A DNA stretch of 18,010 nucleotides from Thermoproteota archaeon (GCA_027491415.1 JAOZFH010000057.1:1-18010); one strand, 5' to 3'. Shown: positions 9,682 through 17,493, counted from the stretch's first letter. The notes: a model not told the origin generated them from the letters alone. Translations and numbers: made by a program.

Positions 9682-10626
9682 CTATCCGGGATTTCCCCTG
9701 CCGAATGCGAGCCTCACTTTGAGCTTCACGGGGTAGCGCGAGTAGACCGGGTGAGCGGGTCTCTTCACGCGCTTGACCTCAAAGTAGGGGACGGTTCTCA
9801 GGAGTGGGTGATCTCGTCCGCACGGGTGAGAGTACATTCCACCCTCCCCGAGGAACTCGCCGTGATCGGATGTTATCGCAACCTTCAGGCCGTCGAGGGA
9901 TGAGAGCATCAGCGCGACGGATTCCATCACTACCAGTAGGTTCTCGCGATAGGCCTCCCTCAGGCCGGACACCCCGTGGGCCCTCCTAGTTGCGTCAAGC
10001 GGTGACAGAGGCGGCAGGCCCAGCGCATCGCGGAACCTCAGCGCCATGTCCATGCTCAGGCCGAGCCTCCCGAGTAGGCCCACGAGCTTTCCGGCGAGCC
10101 TGGCCAACAGCCTGTTTCCAGCTGAGTCGGCGGTCCCGGTGAGGACTATTCCCTTCACGAGTTGAGGCCTCTGGAAACCCGTGACGAAGTACCTAGGGGA
10201 GAGGTAGGGGGCGTGCGGCTGAATGTAGTGGGCTATCAGGCGCCTGCCCTTCCCTCGCTCAAGCTCGGCCAAGACAACGCGATTGACTGAGTCTGGCGTG
10301 ACCGTGCCGAGGTGAGGATCCCACGCACTCTTCCACAGATCGAGGACCCTGTCGAAGTGCTCCCTAGCGTTACAGCCAGCGACCTCTATCCCCAAGGAGT
10401 TGATGTAGGGGTTGGCCGAGACGTATGTGACGTCTGGGTAGCGGCCCGTGAAGGTCCGCCTGAACCACTCTGGGGTGCAGGATCCCTTGGACCTGACCCG
10501 ACGTAGGTCTCCCTCGAAGTACCTGCTGAACGCATCCTTGAAGGCATCGAACCTGCACGCGTCGAGGACTATCAGGAGATCCCAATCCTCGGCCATGGGG
10601 TCAAAGCCGTCCTCCGTTCCGGCCAC
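9682..10626 (-). CDS. Alkaline phosphatase (AlkP) superfamily, sulfatase-like hydrolase/transferase
   Basis: Motifs LIVLDACRFD, SKGSCTPEW, HYIQPHAPY, AYRENL, ITSDHGE and terminal H..VP. A TATA-like TTAATTTA lies at 10647-10654. Confidence 0.85.
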   Translation of the reverse strand: MAGTEDGFDPMAEDWDLLIVLDACRFDAFKDAFSRYFEGDLRRVRSKGSCTPEWFRRTFTGRYPDVTYVSANPYINSLGIEVAGCNAREHFDRVLDLWKSAWDPHLGTVTPDSVNRVVLAELERGKGRRLIAHYIQPHAPYLSPRYFVTGFQRPQLVKGIVLTGTADSAGNRLLARLAGKLVGLLGRLGLSMDMALRFRDALGLPPLSPLDATRRAHGVSGLREAYRENLLVVMESVALMLSSLDGLKVAITSDHGEFLGEGGMYSHPCGRDHPLLRTVPYFEVKRVKRPAHPVYSRYPVKLKVRLAFGRGNPG

Positions 10627-10698
10627 CTCGGGGGCCCTCTCGCGTGGTAAATTAAGGTGCTGGTGGGCTGGCCGACGAGCAGCCCACCAGCAGAGAGG

Positions 10699-11115
10699 TC
10701 AGTGGTCCGGCCTCTTCACCTCCAGCTCGGTCTCGAACTCGACGCAGGCCTCCTTGAAGAGGACCCCGACGGGGCAGACCTTCAGCGTGTCCTCCCAGAT
10801 CTTCCTGACCCTCTTCTCGGGCTCGCTGGACGTGACGATTCCCTTTATCTTACCGGAGGTGATGGTCCTCTCTCCCTGGGGCTTCTCCGCATCGACGATG
10901 ACCTCCATGTCCTCGAAGCTCAGCCCCTTACCCTTCGCCACCATCGCGAAGATCGTCGTGATGCACCCGGCTAAGGCCATCACCGCAAGCTCGAGGGCCG
11001 TAGGGGCAGTATCCGTTCCTCCCATGTCCTTAGGGAGATCAGTCACGACGCTGTGGCCCCTACCGTCGTCAATGACGGATCTAAATCCCTCAACCAGCTT
11101 GGACCGGGCCCTCAT
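10699..11115 (-). CDS. OsmC/Ohr family protein
   Basis: DLPKDMGGTDTAPTALEL and two conserved cysteines (LAGC...CPV). 138 aa from ATG 11115, with a GGTG Shine-Dalgarno. Confidence 0.9.
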   Translation of the reverse strand: MRARSKLVEGFRSVIDDGRGHSVVTDLPKDMGGTDTAPTALELAVMALAGCITTIFAMVAKGKGLSFEDMEVIVDAEKPQGERTITSGKIKGIVTSSEPEKRVRKIWEDTLKVCPVGVLFKEACVEFETELEVKRPDH

Positions 11116-11140
11116 TGGTAGGCACCGGAAAACACCATGG

Positions 11141-11156
11141 TTATGGATACTCATAA
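11141..11156. promoter_or_regulatory. Palindromic site TTATG-N6-CATAA, a candidate operator in the osmC/mptA divergent spacer
   Basis: The sequence TTATGGATACTCATAA overlaps a minus-strand TATA-like TTTATG. Confidence 0.35.
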
Positions 11157-11212
11157 AGTTGCTCAATCGGCAGGTTCATTACCACCCCCCCTCGGGGGGT
11201 CGCGAAAGGGAG

Positions 11213-12079
11213 ATGGCCCTCGACAGGCTTGGAGAGGAGGCCAGAGACATCCACGCAGACCCACCGACCCGAAGGATTCGCCTGAAGAGAGTAGGTGGGC
11301 TGGGGCTCAGGGTTCCGGTTCGAATTGGGCGGGAGAGCTACCCGGCGGAGGTCGACCTCTTGGTGGACCTCCCTGAGTGGCGCAGGGGGGTCGACCTCTC
11401 TAGGCAGAACAGGGCCCTCTACGAGGCTCTGTCCTCTGCTGAGGGCCCTCTGGAGCTGGCTAGGGCGACCGCCGAAGCCCTCCTAGAGAAGCTCGACTAC
11501 GCGTCGCGCGCCGAGGTGAGGGTCAGGCTGGAGGGCCTGAGGAGGGCCCCCCCGAACGACTCCTATGAGCCCTACGCGCTAGAAGCCTTCGCGGGCTTGG
11601 ACAGGGAGGGGGAGACTCTGGAGAGAATCGCCGTGGAGGTCACCGCGACCACAGCGTGCCCTTGCACTCAGGAACTCCTCCGAACCCTCTTCAGGCTCCG
11701 CGGCCTCGAATCCGTGGGACTCGCCACGCACACCCAGAGGGCGAGGTTCAGGCTTGAGATCGCAGCACACAGGATCGAGGGGGTTGGGGTGGAAGAGTTG
11801 ATCGAGGTCGTGGAGGGAGGCGCCAGCTCGCCCGTTAGAGCCGTGCTCAGGCGTCCGCAGGAGGCGGGACTCGTCTTATCAATGCTGGAGAACGCCCTGC
11901 TGGCCGAGGATGCCGTCAGAGAGATCGCGTTCAGGGCCGCGTCTCTAGACTTGCCCGACGAGGCGACGATCCGGGTGACCGTCAGGACTCAGGAGAGCGT
12001 CCACGCCCACGACATATTCGCGGAGCTTGAGGAGCGGGTGGGTCGAATCAGGGAGATCGCCCGCCTCGGCGGCGAGTGA
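11213..12079 (+). CDS. mptA: GTP cyclohydrolase MptA / FolE2 (GCYH-IB/IV family)
   Basis: Motifs LKRVG, VDLP..RRGVDLSR, TTACPC, THTQR, EDAVR and ESVHAHD. The true start is ATG 11213; the upstream part of the 543-aa ORF is antisense to osmC. Confidence 0.9.
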   Translation: MALDRLGEEARDIHADPPTRRIRLKRVGGLGLRVPVRIGRESYPAEVDLLVDLPEWRRGVDLSRQNRALYEALSSAEGPLELARATAEALLEKLDYASRAEVRVRLEGLRRAPPNDSYEPYALEAFAGLDREGETLERIAVEVTATTACPCTQELLRTLFRLRGLESVGLATHTQRARFRLEIAAHRIEGVGVEELIEVVEGGASSPVRAVLRRPQEAGLVLSMLENALLAEDAVREIAFRAASLDLPDEATIRVTVRTQESVHAHDIFAELEERVGRIREIARLGGE

Positions 12080-12875
12080 GTTCGGTTCCGGAGCACGTGC
12101 TGAACATCAGAGAGCCCAAGATCGCGCACTCCTCGAGATCCATGATCAGGTCCCCCTTGCCGAATCCCTCTGAGAGCTGAACGGCGGCGCCCCTCAGGAC
12201 GACGAAGGGGACCATCTCGCCTCCCTCGCCCATGGCCAAGTGGGCGGCCGACGCCAGTGAGTCAGCAACGTCGAGCTCGGTGATCCTCACCTCCCTCCCG
12301 TAGATGTCGGTCAGCCCCCTGTAATCTCTCAGGGGCTCCAGCCCGGCTACCCCTATCGCCAGGCCCACGGTGCCCCTCCTTAGCGGGAGGAGGCCGCTGT
12401 CCACTATCAGCACCCCCACCCTAACACCCGCGCGGCGCAGGATAGCCTCCCTGATCTCCCACGCCGCCCCGTCCGGGTCCCGGGGCCAGGCGGTGAGCGT
12501 CCCCGGCGGGGAGTTCTTGGCGTCGACTCCGGCGTTCGGAACCGCGGAGCCGGAGACCAGCGTGAGTGCGGCGTGTCTGACGCACCCTAGGATCTCGTCG
12601 GCCTCATTCACGACCGCCTGGGCGAACCGAGGGCCCAGTCCGGTGGACCTCGAGATGGAGAGGGCCAGCTCCCCTGGGCTCAGATCCTCCAGCCCGATGA
12701 TCCTGCCCTTTGAGGTGGAGACCGCCTTCGAAGCCACGGCCACCACGTCTCCGCTGCGAAGCGAGACTCCCTGCTCCTCGCAGGCGCTGAGGAGCGCCTC
12801 GACGAGGTCGTCCCCGGGAGCGATGGGCCGCCGAACGGGGATCGGAATTACCTCGATCCTCCTGAGCCCTGTCAC
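12048..12875 (-). CDS. cofE: CofE-family gamma-glutamyl ligase (F420-0:glutamate ligase homologue; possibly folate/pteroate glutamylating)
   Basis: Motifs IAPGDDL, GDVVAVASKAVS, NAGVDAKN, DPDGAA, IVDS...LRRG, DYRG..DIYGR and ADSLASAA...MGEG. Its GTG overlaps the mptE stop (GTGA). Confidence 0.88.
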   Translation of the reverse strand: MTGLRRIEVIPIPVRRPIAPGDDLVEALLSACEEQGVSLRSGDVVAVASKAVSTSKGRIIGLEDLSPGELALSISRSTGLGPRFAQAVVNEADEILGCVRHAALTLVSGSAVPNAGVDAKNSPPGTLTAWPRDPDGAAWEIREAILRRAGVRVGVLIVDSGLLPLRRGTVGLAIGVAGLEPLRDYRGLTDIYGREVRITELDVADSLASAAHLAMGEGGEMVPFVVLRGAAVQLSEGFGKGDLIMDLEECAILGSLMFSTCSGTELTRRRGGRSP

Positions 12876-13642
12876 CTCGGCAGCACCTCCGAGGGGTCCT
12901 CTACGACCTCTGCGCCTGAGCTCTCAAGGCCCCTAGCCGTGGGCAGGACGTAGACCCGTGCGCCGAGGTCGCGGGCCAGCAGCCCTATCATCCAAGCGGC
13001 CACGCCGAGCTTCGCCCTCTTGAACCCGAGATCCTTGCCCCTTAGGACGTCCAGGGGAGAAGAGGAGGTAAGGTCGACGCCCGCAAGGAGTATGCTATTC
13101 GCACCGGCCGCATGCGCCAGGAAGGCCGCCCTGTCCCCGTCGGTGAACCCCCCAAAGTTCCTCACCGGGCCGACAGGCTCAACCTGGGTTGTGGGGAGCA
13201 GCGTGGGGAGGCGAGGCACCCACTTCTGGAGCGCCGGGACGTTGTCCCCGTGGGCGTGTATCACCGGGACGGCGCCCATCTCGGCCAGCCTCAGGGTCAC
13301 GGCGTTCCTACCGTCCAGGTCAGACACGATCGCGTCGGGTACCCTCCCGAGCAGGGAGTAGGTCGTCATGGCGGCCCCGTCCGCCGCCAGCACCGGGAAA
13401 TCCACGCGCCCGACCGACCACGCGATCGTCGAGAGATCCCGCTCGAGGTTGGGACCGTTCCAGGCCACGAGGACTGGCCCTCCCGCCAAGAGCTCCTCCA
13501 GCTGGTGCGGCTCGACGGCCTTCCCACTCGCCAGGTCTGCCATGAGGCCGGCGGCCTTCCGATCCTCCTCCTCGCTGAGGCCCAGCATCTCGGCTATCCT
13601 CCTGTAGGTGGGCATCCACCAGCTCAGGTCTACGTCGAGCAC
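12872..13642 (-). CDS. mptE: 6-hydroxymethyl-7,8-dihydropterin pyrophosphokinase, archaeal MptE type
   Basis: W...Y.RI...LG...EED, NGPNL, AADGA, PDAIVSDLDG, IHAHGDN, TTQ and NFGGFTDGDRA. Confidence 0.92.
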   Translation of the reverse strand: MLDVDLSWWMPTYRRIAEMLGLSEEEDRKAAGLMADLASGKAVEPHQLEELLAGGPVLVAWNGPNLERDLSTIAWSVGRVDFPVLAADGAAMTTYSLLGRVPDAIVSDLDGRNAVTLRLAEMGAVPVIHAHGDNVPALQKWVPRLPTLLPTTQVEPVGPVRNFGGFTDGDRAAFLAHAAGANSILLAGVDLTSSSPLDVLRGKDLGFKRAKLGVAAWMIGLLARDLGARVYVLPTARGLESSGAEVVEDPSEVLPR

Positions 13643-13665
13643 CGCTCCGTGGCGCGCGGCCTCGC

Positions 13666-13672
13666 TTAAATT
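13666..13672. promoter_or_regulatory. Single TATA-like element (TTAAATT) between the divergent mptE and folP genes
   Basis: It is the only AT-rich tract in the 52-nt spacer and lies about 23-24 nt from both starts (GTG 13642 on minus, TTG 13695 on plus). Confidence 0.55.
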
Positions 13673-13694
13673 CCCTGCCGAGGCCCGTGAGGCG

Positions 13695-14930
13695 TTGCTC
13701 GCCGAGGCGGATCTGGGCGGAGTGCTGGTGGGCGACGGCCACCCCGTCCGTGTGGTCGGGGCCCTGAACGTCAGCCCCGAGTCGTTCTACAGGGGATCAG
13801 TGGCCGACGATACGGACAGGCTCATAGAGATGGCCGGGAGGATGGTGGACGAGGGCGCCGACATCATAGACGTCGGGGGGATGTCCACCGCCCCCTACCT
13901 GGACGCGAGGGTCTCGCCCGAGGAAGAGAGGGGGCGGGTCGTGGAGGCGATCTCCGCCCTCGCGGGCTCCATAGAGGTCCCGATCTCGGTGGACACCCAG
14001 AGGGCGCTCGTCGCCAGGGCCGCGCTGGAGGCCGGCGCCAGGATAGTGAACGACGTGTCCGGACTCACCGGAGATCCCGGAATGGCTCCTCTCATCGCCG
14101 AGTACGGGGCCTCCGCGATCGTGTGTGCCCACGGCAGGGTGAGCGATCCGAGCGACCCTATATGGGAGGTCAAGAGGCTCCTCAGGAACAGCCTCAGGCT
14201 CGCGGAGCTCGCGAACGTGCCCCTGGGCAAGGTTGTCGTCGACCCGGCTATAGGATTCTTCCGGGACACCGGCATACCCTGGTACCAGTGGGACGCGAGG
14301 GTGATCTCGGAGCTTGGCAGGCTCGCCTCGCTGGGCAGGCCGGTCCTGGTGGGACCCTCTAGGAAGTCGTTCATCGGGGCCATAGCGGGGGTGGAGCGAC
14401 CGGAGGACAGGCTGCCCGGCTCTCTGGCGGCTGCGGCCGTGGCCGTAGTGGAGGGGGCCCACGCCGTGAGGGTTCACGACGTCGCAGAGACCGTCCAGGC
14501 TGTCAGGGTGGCCGAGGCCCTCAGAAGGACGAGGAAGACAGCCAGGAGCGGGCGCTGCGAGGGGGTCGAGCTGAGGGGCCTCCTGGAGCGAGACCTGAGG
14601 GAGGTCATGGTGGACATGGGGGTGCACCCCGGCGGGGCCGAAATAATGGCCAGGAAGGGAGTGGGCCGGGTCCTCCTGATCCGGAACCTGCCGAACCCCG
14701 TGGCGCAGATACTGAAGCAGGAGGCGCTCTCCGCTGGCGGAGACGTCGCCACTCCGGCCGAGTCGCTGGTCGGCGGCCCCGACCTGAGGGTAGACGTGCT
14801 GGTCCTGGCCAACGACCGCCAGATCGACAGGATCGTCCAGAAGCTCTCTCTCATGGCCTCCCAGCAGTGGTCCTTCTCGTCGGAGATCGGGGGCCTGGTA
14901 AAGGTGATAGAGGAGCTGAGGGAAGGTTGA
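13695..14930 (+). CDS. folP: Dihydropteroate synthase with a C-terminal dihydropteroate-reductase-like domain
   Basis: DHPS motifs LNVSPESF, DVGGMST, ISVDT, NDVSG, DPAIGF, GPSRKSFIG and VRVHDV, followed by ~120 extra residues containing ILKQEALSAGGDVATP. Start placed at TTG 13695. Confidence 0.93.
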   Translation: MLAEADLGGVLVGDGHPVRVVGALNVSPESFYRGSVADDTDRLIEMAGRMVDEGADIIDVGGMSTAPYLDARVSPEEERGRVVEAISALAGSIEVPISVDTQRALVARAALEAGARIVNDVSGLTGDPGMAPLIAEYGASAIVCAHGRVSDPSDPIWEVKRLLRNSLRLAELANVPLGKVVVDPAIGFFRDTGIPWYQWDARVISELGRLASLGRPVLVGPSRKSFIGAIAGVERPEDRLPGSLAAAAVAVVEGAHAVRVHDVAETVQAVRVAEALRRTRKTARSGRCEGVELRGLLERDLREVMVDMGVHPGGAEIMARKGVGRVLLIRNLPNPVAQILKQEALSAGGDVATPAESLVGGPDLRVDVLVLANDRQIDRIVQKLSLMASQQWSFSSEIGGLVKVIEELREG

Positions 14931-15163
14931 CCGACATGCGCCGCCTGCTGAGGGTGGGGAGGGACGGGTCCCTCCGCCTGCCGGCCGAGCTCCTCGGGGC
15001 GGTGGGGGCACGTCCCGGGTCGCTGGTCTCGGTCGAGGTGGACGAGGTGGGTGGGGTTATCTCGCTGCGGACGCTCTCGATCCAGAGGCCTGAGATGAGG
15101 ATGGGGAGGGGGCTCACTCCAGAGGAGATAGGGGAGCTCATCGTGGCGGGGGCGAGGGCATGA
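14927..15163 (+). CDS. AbrB/MazE/SpoVT-like antitoxin (VapB)
   Basis: RVGRDGSLRLPAELLGAVGARPGSLVSVEV is a swapped-hairpin pattern. Start is TTG 14927 (overlapping the folP stop) or ATG 14936. Its stop overlaps the PIN gene start (ATGA). Confidence 0.8.
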   Translation: MTDMRRLLRVGRDGSLRLPAELLGAVGARPGSLVSVEVDEVGGVISLRTLSIQRPEMRMGRGLTPEEIGELIVAGARA

Positions 15164-15558
15164 AGTCGGCGGTCATCGACACCAACGTCTTGGTCTACGA
15201 CGCCTTCACCGATCAGCCGCTCCACGAGAGGGCCAGGAGCCTCTTGGACTCGCTGGATAGTTGGGTCATCCCGACCATCGTCTTGATCGAGCTGGCCTGG
15301 TTCGCTCGGGGGGCGGGACTCGGTGAGAGGGAGGCTAGGGGACTCGTGTTGGGCTACGCCCTCTCCGACAGGGCGGAGGTGGTGGAGGTAACCGCCGACG
15401 ATCTGGTCGACGCGCTCGCCTCCGCGCCGTCCATGATGGACCTAGAGGACGAGCTGATACTGTGCGTGGCCGAGAGGCTCCAGCTCCCCCTGGCCACCTT
15501 CGACTCTCGCCTCAGGAGGAGGGCCCACGGGAGGGGCGTCCCCCTGATCCCGGGGTGA
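15160..15558 (+). CDS. vapC: PIN-domain ribonuclease toxin (VapC)
   Basis: 132 aa with VIDTNVLV, IVLIEL, DLEDELI and LATFD, supplying the acidic PIN residues; translationally coupled to the antitoxin. Confidence 0.9.
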   Translation: MKSAVIDTNVLVYDAFTDQPLHERARSLLDSLDSWVIPTIVLIELAWFARGAGLGEREARGLVLGYALSDRAEVVEVTADDLVDALASAPSMMDLEDELILCVAERLQLPLATFDSRLRRRAHGRGVPLIPG

Positions 15559-15575
15559 GTGGGCGGGGTCGAGCC

Positions 15576-16658
15576 TTGAGCGTGCTTGAGGAGCTGGGGA
15601 TCAGGCTGATCTGGTTCGACAGCATGGGGGCCAAGAGCTCCTGCGTCGCGGTGGAGACGGCCGAGGGGCCCGTGGTCATAGACCCTGGGGCGTCCAAGAT
15701 GCAGCCGAGCTATCCCCTCCCCTCCGAGGAGAAGCTGCGGCTGAAGTCTCGGGCCCTGGGGGAGATCTACGGTTGGCTGAGGAATGCCCGGGCCGTCGTG
15801 ATAACCCACTACCACTACGACCACTACCTCGTGCCCGGGGAGGAGGGCGCTCCCCCGGACCCAGCGCCTTACCGCGGGAAGCTCATCATAGCGAAGAATC
15901 CCAACGCCTACATCAACGAGAGTCAGTGGAGGCGCGCCAGGGAGCTCTTCTCCTTGATCCTAGGGGCCTCGGGCGATCGCCTCGAGGGGCACCTGACGGG
16001 GCCGCGCCGAGAGGACTTTCCCGACCCCTTTGATAACCTGCCGCTGGCCTCGTCTGCCGAATTCGGGGACTACGCACCCAGGAGGAGGGAGCTCCTCGCC
16101 AAGGGGAGGAAGTGGTTCCAGAGGCTAGCCCAGGGCCTGTGGTCCTCGGGCCCGTGGGTCGAGGAGTTCGAGCTGAGCGACGGGACCAAGGTGGTCTGGG
16201 GGGACGGTCGGACCTTCGAGATCGGGGGCGTGAGGTTCGAGATCCTCGGGCCCTGGTTCCACGGCCTGGAGTACGACCGAACCGGCTGGGTCACCCCGGT
16301 CGTCGTCAGGGGGGGTGGGAGGGCCGCGTTCATCACCAGCGACGTCATGGGCCCGGAGATAGAGGACTACGCGGAGGCGGTGGCCTCGGCCAGGCCAGAC
16401 GCGGTGATCCTGGACGGGCCCCCGACATACCTGTTCCCCTTCATGCTCAACAGAATCAACCTCGAGAGGGCCGTCGAGAACGCAATCAGGATCGTCGAAG
16501 CTGAACCGGAGCTGGTCGTCTACGACCACCACCTCCTAAGGGAGAGGAGGTGGAGGGAGAGGGTTCACAGGGTGTTCGCGGCCGCGGAGAGGGAGGGCGT
16601 GACCCTTACAACGGCCGCGGAGGTCCACGGGAGTAGGCCGCTCATAGACACGCTGTGA
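15576..16658 (+). CDS. Metallo-beta-lactamase-fold hydrolase (UPF0282-like)
   Basis: Motifs DSMGAKS, IDPG, THYHYDH (HxHxDH), SDVMGP, DGPPTY and DHHLLR. Start is TTG 15576, or GTG 15555 overlapping the vapC stop. Confidence 0.85.
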   Translation: MSVLEELGIRLIWFDSMGAKSSCVAVETAEGPVVIDPGASKMQPSYPLPSEEKLRLKSRALGEIYGWLRNARAVVITHYHYDHYLVPGEEGAPPDPAPYRGKLIIAKNPNAYINESQWRRARELFSLILGASGDRLEGHLTGPRREDFPDPFDNLPLASSAEFGDYAPRRRELLAKGRKWFQRLAQGLWSSGPWVEEFELSDGTKVVWGDGRTFEIGGVRFEILGPWFHGLEYDRTGWVTPVVVRGGGRAAFITSDVMGPEIEDYAEAVASARPDAVILDGPPTYLFPFMLNRINLERAVENAIRIVEAEPELVVYDHHLLRERRWRERVHRVFAAAEREGVTLTTAAEVHGSRPLIDTL

Positions 16659-16662
16659 CGGC

Positions 16663-17451
16663 ATGACTTTTTCACGTCTGGTCAGCAGCGCCCCCCCGCA
16701 GTTGATCGACCCGATTGAGCTGGCGAGGAGGACGGAGGAAATCGTGGCGAGGGAGTCCGAAGGGGCCCAGCTCAGGAAGTACTACAGGTTCAGGCTGGAC
16801 AGGTGGTACGGCGGGGTGGCGACGGCCGACGCCGTGGGCTGCAACCTGAGGTGCGTGTTCTGCTGGAGCTGGAGATACGTGACCCGCCCAGACGCCCACG
16901 GGGAGTTCTACTCTCCCCAGCAGGTTGCGCGCAGGCTGGTGGGCATGGCGAGATCCAAGGGGATCCCAAGGGTCCGGGTGAGCGGAGCGGAGCCGACCAT
17001 CGGCAGGGAGCACCTCCTGGCCCTCCTAGAGCGCACCCTCGACTCGGACCTTCTCTTCATCCTGGAGACGAATGGGATCCTCATCGGGGCCGACGAGTCC
17101 TACGCCGAAGACCTCTCGAGGTTCAGGCACGTCCACGTGAGGGTGTCCCTCAAGGGCTGCACACCCGAGGAATTCTCTCGCCTCACGGGCGCGGCTCCCA
17201 GGTTCTTCGAGTATCAGCTGAGGGCACTGGAGAACCTGCTAGAGCACGGCGCGTCCTTCCACCCATCGGTGATGCTCGGATTCTCCACCGAGAAGGGCCT
17301 GCTCAACCTGGTCGACAGGCTGAGGGAGATAGACGAATCCCTGCCGAGCAGGCTGGAGCCTGAGCTCCTGATCCTCTACCCGGCTGTGGAGTCAAGAATA
17401 AAGAGGGCTGGCCTCCGGCCGACTGGATTCGTGCGCCCCGGGGAGGACTGA
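16663..17451 (+). CDS. Short radical SAM protein of unknown function
   Basis: CNLRCVFC (CxxxCxxC), SGAEP, LETNG and VRVSLKG; 262 aa, starting 4 nt after the MBL gene. Confidence 0.9.
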   Translation: MTFSRLVSSAPPQLIDPIELARRTEEIVARESEGAQLRKYYRFRLDRWYGGVATADAVGCNLRCVFCWSWRYVTRPDAHGEFYSPQQVARRLVGMARSKGIPRVRVSGAEPTIGREHLLALLERTLDSDLLFILETNGILIGADESYAEDLSRFRHVHVRVSLKGCTPEEFSRLTGAAPRFFEYQLRALENLLEHGASFHPSVMLGFSTEKGLLNLVDRLREIDESLPSRLEPELLILYPAVESRIKRAGLRPTGFVRPGED

Positions 17452-17493
17452 GTTCAGCCCAACCGGTCGATTCGTTTTTACCCTCCGCGAGGC

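Noticed and set aside
10448-11212. Apparent 255-aa N-terminal fusion on MptA (543-aa ORF)
   Set aside because: It is a Ser/Thr-rich antisense shadow of osmC and the AlkP gene. MptA homology starts at ATG 11213.
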